DNA of 64,000 nucleotides from the human T2T-CHM13v2.0 reference genome, Homo sapiens, in the NCBI RefSeq assembly GCF_009914755.1, contig NC_060925.1. One strand, written 5' to 3'. Of the stretch, positions 49,163 through 64,000 are shown one piece after another (the stretch's first letter is position 1; every line of letters starts with the position of its first letter). The notes beneath the pieces are model-generated. The model did no database searches. It had not been told where the DNA came from and was given only the letters and a program-made list of their open reading frames with translations. The translations under genes and the position numbers were made by a program.

Positions 49163-51689
49163 AAAACAAATTCCTGACATAGTAATATATGTTCTTCAGT
49201 GGTGCGTTAAAAATAATAACTAATGGCAATTGTTGTCTATATTCATAATGCAAAGAAATGCTAAAATTCATCATTAGACATATTCTCTATTTTCAGTTCA
49301 TAGGTCTTCTGAATTTTATCATAAAGTTAAAAACTCTGCTCAGGGAAAAAGGAAAATGGCCTGGAATTCACTCAGTCAAAAGGTCTGAAGAAAATCTAGT
49401 CCCTGGTACTCTAACCTTCAAATCACTTATAACTCTCTAAACAGATATAAACATCTTCAGGATCAGCTACCTGATCCCAATACTGAAATCAAATGGACTC
49501 ACACAGAACTAACTAGAACCAAAAGCTTACGAGTTAAAAGACACATAAATGATGCTACCATATGACCAAAGATTAACACTTAAAATAATTGTATCTAGTT
49601 TCATCCTTGTTTTTTAAATAACTTTGATTATGATTTTCTTGGGAAAATTTTGTTTCCAATTTTCAGTGACTATTACATTTATAAAGGCATAAAGTTTACC
49701 ATGAAATGTAACAGCATATATAAATCTCACCAAGGAAATTTTTCAAAGGAGAAAAGTTGGATTGCTATTTAAACATCTACTTTAGAAAATTAATAATCAG
49801 AAATGAAGAGCTCTTATAAGAAAATTTCTTACAACAAAGCTTATGAATTTATATTATTTCCCATGTTTTAGAATTAATTATTTTGATATTTTGCTAAAGT
49901 AAAAACCTCAATATGAATACACATTTTTAACACGGGAAAAATTCTGTACAGTGAAATAAAGTGAAAATAAAAAGAGAGCAAAGAAGTTAACTATATAAAA
50001 TCTATCTTAGACCAGTTTTATGATTTATTCTGATAAAAATTAAATACCAAATTTGCCCATGACAATTAAATCATAGTAAATTTTTAAAATACTATTGATA
50101 AAAAATATTAAAATACATTGTATGTTTATCAATTAAACTAACAAAAGTAAGTTAAAATAAAATCTTTGCCCCATTATTGGCAGGGATCTAAGGAAACAGG
50201 ACACAGATAAAATACTGTGAATGGGTTACTTTACTATCTTCCCAGGATTACAGAGCAATGTGTCACCAAGTGCTTCAAAACCATCACCCCAAAATTATTT
50301 CACTTTAGAGTACATACCCTAAAGAAAATCTCACCTCAAAAATTAGGAACTTAAAGATATATCCAGTGCATTTCATATGATGGCAAAAACAGGTAGAAAT
50401 AGCAACCAATGAGAAAATGAAGTAACACAACTGAACTAAATACATAAAAAATATAAACCTGTACACTAGTATCAACAGAAATATATGAAATAATTAGGAA
50501 TAATAAAGGAAAAATACATCTGCAGAGTTGTAAAGACTGTAAGCTATGTTTCTTACAGAACTGTAAAGAGGTACTGACATATACTAAAGAATACTGAAAG
50601 AACAATTTAAATTATTACACATAAAATTAGTATCCATTGGTTTGTCAGAAAACTATTATATTGCCCCATAAAACACAAATGTTTGAGAGAAAGAGAAAAA
50701 GCATTGTGCCAAAGCCTAAAGTGCTGTTCTTTCTACATAAAAAGCTTCCTTAAAGGAAACACCAATGAAAAACAACTTTCAGGGGTATATCCCTATGGTA
50801 TGCATCCTTTGCAACTCTAAATAGTTCTGCCAAACTGGTAATCCTTTGGTATCAGATATTCTAAAAAGGCACTTCCTCCTAAATTTGGGGATGTCTACTA
50901 ATAAAAGCAGGCCAAAGAAAATAAGTCTGTATCAAAATAATAGAAGAACTAGAATTTCTAAGAAATTCTTCCTAGAAACAGGCTGTTACATATAATAAAA
51001 ATCTCTCAGCTTCACTGTGCTCTATTCAATTCAAATAAGATCCTCTATTACATATGTCACACTGCATTAGGCATTCCATATTCGCTTTTAGTGTATTTGT
51101 TACAGGGCTTAATGTCTCTGCCAGGGAAAAAGGTATACCATCTTTTACTAGAAATTATACAGAACAGAAATAGCACAATCCTATCCCAAAGAAATGGCAC
51201 AAAGGCTAATAAAATTGTCATAGATAAAAATCAAATTTACACTAAAATTTAAATACCTCTTGCAAAATATTCCTAAATTAATGATTACTGAATCCTCTAT
51301 TATCTAGCTAAGGGTTCTTCTCTCTTGGTAAACTGTTCAATTTCAGGTCATACTGTTGAAATCCATCTTCTTTAAAGGGAGTAGCAACAAGTTCTCATAC
51401 AAAGAAAACAAGTACGTTTTCCCATTATTTGAAAGATATTGCTACCTTCTCAATTATGAAGGCTGGGAGGGAGCAGAGGTGTAGAACAGCTGAAAACAGC
51501 AACTACTTAACTACCTCCAAAGCTAAACAGACTGTTGTCTTTTCTATAATATTAATCCTAAGCAAAATACATCAACCATTTCTTGTAGTGCAATATATGT
51601 TTGTGTGTACTGCTTATTGCATTTAAAAGAAAATATGCCCGAGAAACATTTTTGCTTCTTACAGATATTATATTTTTGCATTGGTAACA

Positions 51690-52340
51690 ATGTGGGGCTT
51701 CCAAAATTCTCATTCTCTTGCTGGTAGAAATGTAAACTGGTACAACCACTTTGGGAAGCAATTTGGCAGTAGCTGGTAAGCTTGGAAACAGTCATGCCCT
51801 ATGACCCAGCCATTCCACTCCTAGGTATACCTCTGGTTGAAAACAATGAAAACGTGCACCAGGGTACATGAACAAAAATGTTCATAGTTGTATTGTTTTA
51901 ATAACCAAAAATTGGAAACAACCCAACTGTTCATTAACAGAATTGATCAATAATGAAATTTTCATACACTGAAAATTTTCCTATACAGAAACAGAATAAA
52001 AAACTACCATAACACAATTTAGATGACCCTCACAAATGGTACTGAGTAAAAGATTAAGAAGAATATATAAAGTATGATTCCATTTATCCAAATATCCAAA
52101 ACCGGCAAAACTTGACCGTATTAGTCAATAGATGTACACATGTTTAGCAACACTATAAAGAGAAGCAGGAAAATGACTTTTAAAAGGCAGATAGTATTAT
52201 TTCTGGGGAGAGAGGAAATTATGACAGAAAGGGCATGTGATTTTTTTAAAGCTGGTTTAAAATTTTTTTTTTGCTTTAAAATTATTTGTTAAACTCTACC
52301 TTTAAGTTTTATGTACTTATATGAACGTGTATTTTAATCC
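51690..52340 (+). mobile_element. L1ME-type 3' fragment
   Basis: gctggtagaaatgtaaactggtacaaccactttgg...ccctatgacccagccattccactcctaggtatac...atgttcatag...atgattccatttat. Confidence 0.75.
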
Positions 52341-53182
52341 TCTTCCACACCACCTACCTCAAAAACAAGATTAAAGACAAAAACAAGCAAACTACTAACA
52401 CCTGTGATAAAATATCACTTACATTGGTATTATACTGTTACTCTGCATAGAAGAAAGAAAATTTAAAAAGAAATACTGCTGCAAGAAAGAAAAGCTCTAA
52501 AATTTTGACTCAGTGGAAACTTCAGGTAGCTAGTGAATTTTCATTCAAGATTTCCACCAAAAAATAATCTCCTATAAAATTAATGATATTTGGTGGTTGG
52601 TGACCAATATTAACTTGACAGAGTTTTTTAAAAATTTAAGGTAGACCATAAAGATCATGCAAATTAGGATTAGTCATTAGGTATAAAGTTTATTTATCTA
52701 GCACTAACTTATTGGATTTGATTATATTCTGGCCAATTAAGAGCTATCATACATAAACCACAATTTTCAAATAATAAATAAAATATGGAAAACAAAGTTT
52801 CCTTAACATGATCATTCTTACATGACTCCAGAGCAAGAGAAATACCCCCTGGAGGAAACAAAATGGGAAAAAACTGGCCAGATGTAAACAACAGAGATTA
52901 GGGACTATGGAAAACGATAAGAGAATGGCCACTCCCCAGAGGGCAGCAGATACTGAGATACTCTCCTGTAGTCAAGTACTGGCATGCAGGAATTCCAGAT
53001 AAGCAGTGCTACTTCTTCAAAATTTTCAAGAGTAACCAAAAATAAGGCTTTCTGCATGAAATTGTCCTGACTTCCCATACACACTACAAGCCAAATAAAC
53101 CATATATTGGTATATTAAAAACACAGGCAGCCAGAGTGTGGACATGGCTCTAGGGGTATCTCATGATCATCATCAAATATAA

Positions 53183-53528
<346 letters not shown>

Positions 53529-54621
53529 AAACTTTCTATAAATACTCAGATATAGACTTGTGACTGGATTCTACACAAACAGGCATTGACTGAATAGATA
53601 TATTGTTAAATATAACACACACACAAACCACTGTTTTTATTCTATATATTTTATATAATATGAATGAAAACATACTGCTTTAAAAAGTATAGTAATTAAT
53701 CAGTTACTAAAAGAATAACAGGAAACTCCAGGATTCCTATCAAGTAAATTAATTTTTCAGCAACAAATGATTCCTATAAAGGTAAAAGGCACATGGTTTA
53801 TATGTGTGACATCCCTTATTTTCTAAATCCCAAGATAAAGTTTATTTAGTGAGGTCATCTCAAAACATTTCAGCAGCTGCAACTCATACACAGAAATAAC
53901 AAAGTTCAATTCTGGGTAGTTTTGAAAGATCCCAAAGCTTTTCTTATGTGGGTAATTTCTATACTTTATGCTCCTCAAGCAGCAGAATAGATAAGTCAAG
54001 TATTTTTCCCTTCATTAATATTTTGTATCATCCTAGTTCTTCCTTCAGGTCATTTATTTCCCCAAATCTACAGATATTGAGAACTAAATAAAAGCTGGTC
54101 TGCTCAACTAAAAGGAGCACTACAGTGGATATGAGGAAGGAAGTTTTACTTATACATGACACCATTTGAATTCTGTTAATATCATTGCCAATCCCCAACC
54201 ACCAAGAAAAAAAGAGAAAGAAAAAGAAAATGGCATTCCTCCTTGCTCTACTCTTACCTATACTTAATAGGTTGAATTACATGAAATTCCAGATTTACAG
54301 ATATTCAAGTATATTTTAACCTTAAAAAAGAAAAATAATTTTGTATGATTCAAGTAATACTTAAAAACTCAAGCAAACACATACCATGTATGTTCTACTA
54401 TGGACTTTGTCAGCACTGGGTTTAATTCTGAGGGTTGCTTTTCTTATTTAGTAACTATCCAATAGAAACAAGAAAATGTTGTTAAAATTGGAGGGTCAGT
54501 AACAATGCTAACAAATGAAAAAATAAACGAATAAGAAAGAAGCACTTCCAAAAATGTCTAGGTATCAAAGGTTAACGAAAGTGGACCCTATGTGAATCCT
54601 TGAGGGCCACAGGGCAAACTC

Positions 54622-54926
<305 letters not shown>

Positions 54927-55289
54927 TAAGATGGCTCTCAGTATTCCTGTACTTGGTGTACACACCCTGAATAATTCCCTCCTCTGAAGAATAAGGGGTG
55001 CCAGTGAATATAATAGGGTAACACTGATCTGGCTAGGTAATTTATCAGTTATCTGAATTAATCAAGAGACAAATCACAAACTTAACAGCTTAAAACAACA
55101 CACATTTAAGTCCTTGTTGGCATGGTAAGGACTTAGGGTTTTATTCTAACATGACTGGGAACCTACTGGAAGTTTTAAAAGCAGGAGTGTGAAAAGATCG
55201 AATGTTTTCCAAAGATCATTTTGGTTGCTTTGTAAGAATAAGAACTGAAGAGTACAAGAATAGAAGCAGAGATTAGTTAAAAGCTATCA

Positions 55290-55465
55290 TGCCAGGCCAC
55301 AGTGGCTCACATCTGCAGTCCCAGCTACTTGGGAGCGTAAGGCAAGAGGCCCAACAGTTCGGCGCTGTAAGGCACCATGATCATGCCTGTGAAAAGCCAC
55401 TGCATCACAGCCTGGTCAACACAGCAAGATCCTGTCTCTTAAGAAAAAAAAAAAAAAAAAAAAAC
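55290..55465 (+). mobile_element. Alu monomer (FAM/FRAM-like)
   Basis: Short diverged monomer with an A-tail. Confidence 0.8.
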
Positions 55466-55814
55466 AAAGCTACTGCAATCATCTTGGCCACAACTAATGG
55501 TGGCTTAGAACACGGTAGTAACAAGATACTTTGTTTGAGCAGGTGGAACAGAAAGGAATGTAGACTGATTGATTCATTCATTCATTTAACATATATTTAT
55601 TGAGAACTTTATACCAAGCATTGTACTAGGTGCATGGAATACATCAGTAAAAGAGACTAAAATCCCTGCATTCCTGGAGTTTATGGTCTAGCTGAAATAC
55701 TAACAGCCATAATACTTAAATAAATTATATAGTATACTTGAAAGTGATAGATTATGGATATCAGGGATGGATTTTAAGTTTATGGCTTGAAAGATTAGGT
55801 GGGAAGAAGGGAAA

Positions 55815-56025
55815 GTATTCCTAATCCAAAATGCTTGGTACCAGAAGTATTTCAGGTTTTTTTTTTAATTTTTGAATATATGCACTGTACCACTTCAGCA
55901 GCCCTAATCCAAAAATCCAAAATCCAAATGCTCTAATGATCATTTTCCTTGAGCATCATGTTGGCACTCCAAAACATTCAGATTGTGAAGCATTGTATAT
56001 TTTTGGATCGGGATGTTCAACCTGT
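55815..56025. mobile_element. Tigger4a-like MITE
   Basis: gtattcctaatccaaaatgcttggtaccagaagtatttcag...gagcatcatgttggcactc...gggatgttcaacctg. Confidence 0.8.
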
Positions 56026-56303
56026 TATTACTGTGAGACAGGATTAGAGGCAGAATAGACAAAGGGAAAGGGATAACCACAAGTAGTTTTAGATGCCTAT
56101 CAGAGATTCAAATGGAAATAATAAGTAGTGTGTTGAATACATGAATCTAAGCTCAGGAGAGCAGTCAGGGCCAAGCAAGTAAATCTAGAGGTAGGTTCAT
56201 TACCAACATTCCACATAGCATCTAAGCTAATTATCAAAACTAGCAAATTTCAGATGAAAAAGTCTGAAACTTATGAGAGGAAGATGGCAAAAGGCAAAGC
56301 TAA

Positions 56304-57020
<717 letters not shown>

Positions 57021-57190
57021 CTGCTTATAATTCTAAAAGAAAATAAACAAGATCATCAGAGAATAAATCAGTAATATCCTAAACTAAAATTAAATCAAAG
57101 TCAGAATCTCAGAATTTCAAAATATAGGCAAAAGGTGACTAAGGAACAATCAAACCAATGTCAGTAGTCTCAGGATTGATATGGATCTAG

Positions 57191-57569
<379 letters not shown>

Positions 57570-57719
57570 TAATGGGTCTGCTGATGCTGGGACAGAATAT
57601 AAAGGATAGGCAGGATACCACACAGCAATCCAAACCAGTTTGATATGATTCCTAATTTCACCTACTCTGTCATCATAAATGAATTATGTGATAAATACCA
57701 TAGAATATATATTTATTTT

Positions 57720-57880
57720 TTTAATTTTTTTGAGGCTGGGTCTCACTTTGTCACCCAAGCTAGAATGCAGTGGCACAATCACAACTCAGTGGCGCCTCCA
57801 CCTCCCAAGCTCAATCAATCCTCTCACCTCAGCCTCCTGAATAGCTGGGACTACAGGCACATGCTACGACGCCCGGCTAA
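57720..57880 (-). mobile_element. Alu right-arm monomer
   Basis: Antisense half Alu. Confidence 0.85.
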
Positions 57881-58300
57881 TAGGAGATGTATTTAAAGTA
57901 CTGCTGAAAAATCAAAAGTAACCAGGTCTGAGAAGAATCTGGAAGGGTTTGGTGGCACCTGACTTACACTTTGAGAACAACAAGGGTTCAGATCAAAAGT
58001 TAGAGGCAGTATTTTGAAAAGAATATTGATTCTGCTGAGAGAGCGTTAAAAAAAATAGAAAATTTATGGATGCCAAGAAACTATGTGACAGTTGTTTGAA
58101 CACTGTAAGAGTAAAAAATACTAACTCATTAGAGAACAAGTAAATACATTCTTAAAATATATATTTAGAAAAATGTGTTTTAAAAATGAGAAGTTGCTTA
58201 TGGTATAATTTTAAGTAAAGAAAGCAGGACAGAAATCGGTGGTGCACTAATAACTTTTTTTTTTAAGTGCACAGCAAAACAACTTGAAGGATCACGTTAA

Positions 58301-58740
<440 letters not shown>

Positions 58741-58829
58741 TAGTGAGCAAAATCTGCTATTTGGAACTTGGCAGTGAGGTATCCAGACTGTCTTATAAAA
58801 TCCTGCTTAAGCCAATGATGTAGTTGAGG

Positions 58830-58905
58830 ATGGCGAGGTTCATGCTATCCTTTGTGCCCTGCAGCCAATGGCGAGGTTCATGCTATCCTTTGTGCCCTGC
58901 AGCCA
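58830..58905 (+). repeat. Perfect 38-bp tandem duplication
   Basis: atggcgaggttcatgctatcctttgtgccctgcagcca twice (58830-58867, 58868-58905). Confidence 0.97.
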
Positions 58906-59557
58906 CCCAGAGACTGCAAGGACACAATCAGTGAGTGATCACTGATTCTTATCATCTGTTTGCGCCCTTGCAATCCTTGTGGACAGGAATAGGATTTAAT
59001 GAGTACTTATGACAGTACTTGCAGACAAGTGGCCACTCAGATGTTTAACTATAAATATTTTCTCTGTTACTAATTCAACCAAATCTTACTATTATATGGC
59101 TATTTGAGGGTAAAATTATTTAGAATATCAACTCATGAAGACATCAGGTAGCCAGGGCTGCTTTACAGCGTAAAGGGAGGAAGCCAAGATAGTAAAAACA
59201 TTTTTATTTCTTTCACTGCTAATAGAATCGTGTAGCACTATATTATGATTCCAAGGTCCTTTCCCAGTTCAACAGCAAAACCTTGATCAGTTAGGAATGA
59301 CTGTCTTGAATAAAAAAAAAGAGTGGTAAGGTTTGTCTATTCTACTAAATCCAATCATTTAGTAAAACTACACAAAATTAGTAACAGTCTACACAAGCAT
59401 AACAAATTAACTCCTTACTTTTTCAAGGAATACATATATTACAGGCCAATTGCTGTCCTTGTGGTCAGAAGCAGGAACACTTGACAACTCCTCAGAAGAT
59501 GTGGAGTGAAGACTTTTAACATCATCTGAGGAGTGATGGCTTTTAACAGACACTCAC

Positions 59558-59650
59558 ATTCTCTTTCTTATGTTCAAAATCCATAGTCAGAGCTTTCCAC
59601 CAAGACAAGGTTGTATGCGAGTCTGGAGATTACTGATATACATTCAGTGA
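59558..59650 (-). other. Candidate alternative 93-nt exon carrying an in-frame strong-context ATG (MDFEHKKEN, phase 0)
   Basis: Minus strand tgactaattccattgcag|TCACTG...GACT ATG GAT TTT GAA CAT AAG AAA GAG AAT|gtgagt. Prediction from sequence only. Confidence 0.35.
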
Positions 59651-60049
59651 CTGCAATGGAATTAGTCATTTACCAACTTACAACTTAATTTTTTAAAACT
59701 AATGCCTTACTATTTTCCTGTTGATCTTCAGTCAGTTGCTAATCAACTAGTTATTTAACTGATCCAAGGTAAGTGAATTCTATTTTAATTCCAAGGTATT
59801 AATAAATCTCAGATTTTAGTATTCAACTATAAGCATAAATTCAATTATATTATCAAAACCACAATATTAAGTTCCTCTGACACAGATCCAAATCATGTAA
59901 GATGTGTGATATATGCCTCCATTCTGAGGCTGAGTCACGAATTATCACTTTCCAAACACAAACTTGAAAGAAGGAACATAAACAGAAGGTAAACAGATTC
60001 AAGGCATCCAAGTAGGCTAAACAGCATCAATAAAAGAGCATGGGGTTGT

Positions 60050-60220
60050 TTCTACCAAAAAAAAAAAAAAAAAAATTTAGCATGGTGGTGTGCACTTGTA
60101 GTCCTAGCTCTAGGGAGGCTGGGAGAGAAGGATTAAGCCCAGAAGTTGCAGCAAGCTATGATCATGCTACTGCACTCCAGCCTGGGAGACAGACTGAAAC
60201 TCTATCTTAAAAAAAAAACA
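60050..60220 (+). mobile_element. Truncated Alu
   Basis: Linker and right arm. Confidence 0.8.
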
Positions 60221-60264
60221 GTGGTGGGGCGGCGGGGGGAAGAAAAAAAGAAAAAAATGAGAAT

Positions 60265-60445
60265 GGGTTTTGGTGTCAGAGACCTAAGTTTGAATTCTGG
60301 CTCTACTATACAGAAACTATATAAGCAAATTACTTAAGTTTAGTTTCCTCTTCTGTAAAAGTGAAAAGTAAGGACTTATCATGCTGATTTATTCAACACA
60401 TTAAGATAATATTTATCATAATGCCTAGTATATAAAAAGTGTGTT
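60265..60445 (+). mobile_element. MIR
   Basis: ggttttggtgtcagagacctaagtttgaattctggctctacta...agtttcctcttctgtaaaa. Confidence 0.65.
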
Positions 60446-60634
60446 TAATTATTTACAAATATTTAAACTGTTGGTTTAAAATCCTAATATTAAGCCAGTA
60501 AGTGTAAGACAGTTTTGGGGTGAAATGATTCCTGCTTGATTTTCATTTATACAAATGGGGGTGAGAGTGTTACAATAAACCTAAAGCTGTGGTTTGCAAA
60601 GTCTAATCCTTTAAGCAAGTTTAAAATAAATACT

Positions 60635-60815
60635 TGACCAGCCTAGGAAACATGGCAAAACCCTGTCTCTAATAAAAATACAAAAATTAGCCAGAGGTTG
60701 TGGCTACTCAAGAGGCTGAAGTGGGAGAGGGCCAACTGAGCCCAGGAGGTCAAGGCTGCAGTGAGCCATGATCATAACACTGGGCAACAGAGCGAGACTC
60801 TGTCTCAAAAGAAAA
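60635..60815 (+). mobile_element. Truncated Alu
   Basis: TSD-like taaatacttgac. Confidence 0.85.
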
Positions 60816-61776
60816 TTAATAATAACAAATAACTAAATACTTGACACCTCATCCTAATTGATTTTTCTGAATTTTTTAAAGAGTTATGGCGGGAGGGGGA
60901 GGGATGAGGGGCCAGGCCCTGCAGCCTCATCAGACTCAGTCCACTCCTGGAGGAAAAAAAAAAAAGTAAAAAATATAAAAACATTAAAAAAAATAAAGTT
61001 ACTAAACAAATGCTTATTGAACAAAGAATAACAATATACCATTGATTTTACATTAGATATGTAAAAAATTAACATATAAATGTTATAGCCATAAGAAATT
61101 AACATAGTCAAAAGTTCTTTGGGATCTGTAACAGCTAAAGAAACTAAACACCTTTCTAATCTAGTATTCTGCATTCTATATGGCAATTAAGCAACCACAG
61201 AATGACAGTTTAAATGCACAAAGAACAGTTTCTAATCCTTCACAATTTCTTGCCTACAGAATTCCCGACAGCCAGATGTGCTTTTAAAAGATAAAAAGGG
61301 AACTGTATAAAGTTGAAGTTAAATGCTCCAGTGTCTATCAAAGTTTACAGTAAAAACTGATCGTTCTATTCATGACAACAACTTCATGGCAATAATAAAT
61401 CCATGCCTGGAGATACTAATGGTCTTTCTTTCCTTTTCCTTAAAATAATTAAAACTCCATTTACCACACAACTAGTTATTAAAATCTAATTTCCTATGAC
61501 TCATTTTAGTTAAACGTGGTCCATATCAGTTGTTTTATTTTTAAAAACAGTACATATACTTTGTAAAATTGCTGTGAAGGGAATATCCCACAGTTCAAAG
61601 AAACACATTTTCAGTTTTCAAACATTAAAGAACTTTATTATTATTTCTACTGTTTTCTTATCCCAGAAATTCAAAAGACATTTATAACTGGCATTTAACA
61701 AAATAACATACCCTTGTATCTTTAAGGTTAATCCTTCTTTTGAAGAAAAGTAATCAGGTAAATACATATTAAGTAA

Positions 61777-62090
<314 letters not shown>

Positions 62091-62510
62091 TTTATTAAAT
62101 AATATTTTAACAAGGTATCTGATTTAACATTTAATGAGCAAATTCACATTAAATATTAACAACAAGGAATCCTAACTTTCATAAATGTTATTAATCAGCA
62201 AGCAGATACCATGATGGGTAGAAAAAGACATAAAATTTTTAATAACCAGAATACAACTGAGTACCACATGTATAAATGCTTTTTAAGAAAAATACTTCAA
62301 AATAGAAGGGTAAATAAAATCTTAATAAGATACCTCTCCATTTAATACACCGTAAAGTCGAAGTTGAGCTATTTCCAAATCCTAGGAATCAGGTTCAAAG
62401 TGCAACACAGCACCACTGCAAGGGGAAAATCTGTCTAGACTAGAATAAGGAATCTTATCAGTGAGAGTTATTGAACTCTCTTAAAACTGCAGTTAAAAAA
62501 TAAAAAAAGA

Positions 62511-62601
62511 GGCCAGGCACAGTGGCTCACGCCACTGCACTCCAGCCTGAGTGACAGAGCGAGACTCCATCTCAAAAAAAATAAATAAATAAACAAAAAA
62601 T
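62511..62601 (+). mobile_element. Internally deleted mini-Alu
   Basis: 5' end fused to 3' end at tcacgcc; TSD aaaataaaaaaaga at 62497-62510 and 62602-62615. Confidence 0.9.
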
Positions 62602-62690
62602 AAAATAAAAAAAGAAAACCCCTATGTTTGTATGTTTACTGTTCTGCAAAGTAGATTCATACCTTTCATCAGATTTTCAAAAGGGCCCTA

Positions 62691-63058
<368 letters not shown>

Positions 63059-63169
63059 CAGAATACTTCACATGAACTTGTAGATTCAAAACAGACCTGT
63101 ATTCAAATTACATGTCTCCAAGTCCCATTTTCCTTTGTTGTAAATAAAGGTTGTCATAAGTATTAAATA

Positions 63170-63425
63170 ATATCATGAATGTAAAGCATTTAGCACAGTG
63201 TCTGGGACACTGTAGTCACTCAATAAATGTTAAAAGATCCACCAAAGTTCAAATCCAACCTCTACCACACACTACCTGGATAACTTTGGGCAGGATACGT
63301 CACCTCTGTGTCTATTTGCCAACTAACAATGGGGAATGTAATTATACCTACCTCATACAGTTGTCATAAGGATTGAGTTAATACACATAAAATGCTTAGA
63401 AAAGTAACTGTTACACAGTAAGTGT
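63170..63425. mobile_element. MIR fragments
   Basis: tgtaaagcatttagcacagtgtctgggacac.gtagtcactcaataaatgtt; aatgggga...tacctacctcatacagttgtcataaggattga. Confidence 0.7.
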
Positions 63426-63453
63426 TACTTATAGTAATAAAGAAAATGTTCTA

Positions 63454-63677
63454 CAGATTGAGTATCCCTATCTGAAAAATTTGGAACCAGAAATGTTTCA
63501 GATTTCAGATTTTGGAACACCTGCAAACAGTTACCAGTTCAGCACCCCCAATCTGAAAATCCAAAATCTGAACTGCTCCATTGAGCATTTCCTTTGAGAA
63601 TAATGCTGGTACACAAAAAGTTTCAGGTTTTAGAACATATCAGATTTTGAATGTTTTGATTAGAGATGCTCAACCTG
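63454..63677. mobile_element. Tigger4a-like MITE with terminal inverted repeats and TA TSD
   Basis: ta|cagattgagtatccct ... agagatgctcaacctg|ta. Confidence 0.85.
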
Positions 63678-64000
63678 TATAAACTGTTCTGTTGAGTTTT
63701 TCACCAGTTAACTCCTCTGCCTAGGTTTGGTCAATTTTTGTTATCTATTTCATGGCTCATTACACTATGTAGCTGTAACCTTATCCTCCACCTCAAAGGC
63801 TTTAACTGATGTATGTACACTCATTCCAATATCTTGTAAGATGCAGTCCAAACTTGCTGCCCACCTACATTTTATGGCTTCTTAGAGTTCATCTAGATAC
63901 CATCTTTCTCTGTTTAACCATGCTTCACTCCTCCAAGTACTTTTGCTTAATGAGAACCCAGAAAAACTATACCAGTAAATGTTACTACTTATTTACATAT

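Larger units (their letters stand above)
55105..56200 (-). mobile_element. L2 fragments interrupted by an Alu monomer and Tigger4
   Basis: ggtaaggacttagggttttattct...aaagatcattttggttgct; ttcattcattcatttaaca.atatttattgag (L2 3' tail). Confidence 0.6.

Noticed and set aside
59480-59645. Possible H/ACA snoRNA (two hairpins and ACA) on the plus strand
   Set aside because: No clean ANANNA H box between the hairpins, and it is antisense to the host gene.

Overview
Human (hominid) genomic DNA, almost entirely intronic and very rich in repeats. One convincing exon lies on the minus strand (45530-45658, 129 nt, phase 0/0, reading VTQVARQPGTPTPSPYSAHEINKGHPNLAATPPGHASSPGLSQ). I recognise it from memory as a 5' exon of EIF4G3 (eIF4GII): it lies upstream of the conventional AUG but is open in the frame of the reported non-AUG N-terminal extension, and it resembles the eIF4G1 N-terminus. 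The rest is about 50 Alu pieces, two full-length SVAs with target-site duplications (TSDs), antisense to the gene and flanking the exon, several LTRs (MER52, THE1, MST, MER21, MER57, MER34/39-like, LTR41-like with ERVL pol), old L1 fragments and DNA-transposon fossils. None of the ORFs in the supplied track looks like a real gene. The most interesting leads concern how eIF4G3 translation starts: (i) AUA sits where eIF4G1 has its AUG and is overlapped by an AUG-AAA-UAA uORF; (ii) a candidate unannotated exon at 59558-59650 would supply a strong-Kozak, in-frame AUG (MDFEHKKEN-); (iii) splicing and circularisation signals surround the exon. Repeat family names are by eye, and boundaries without a TSD are approximate. 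No database search was run.
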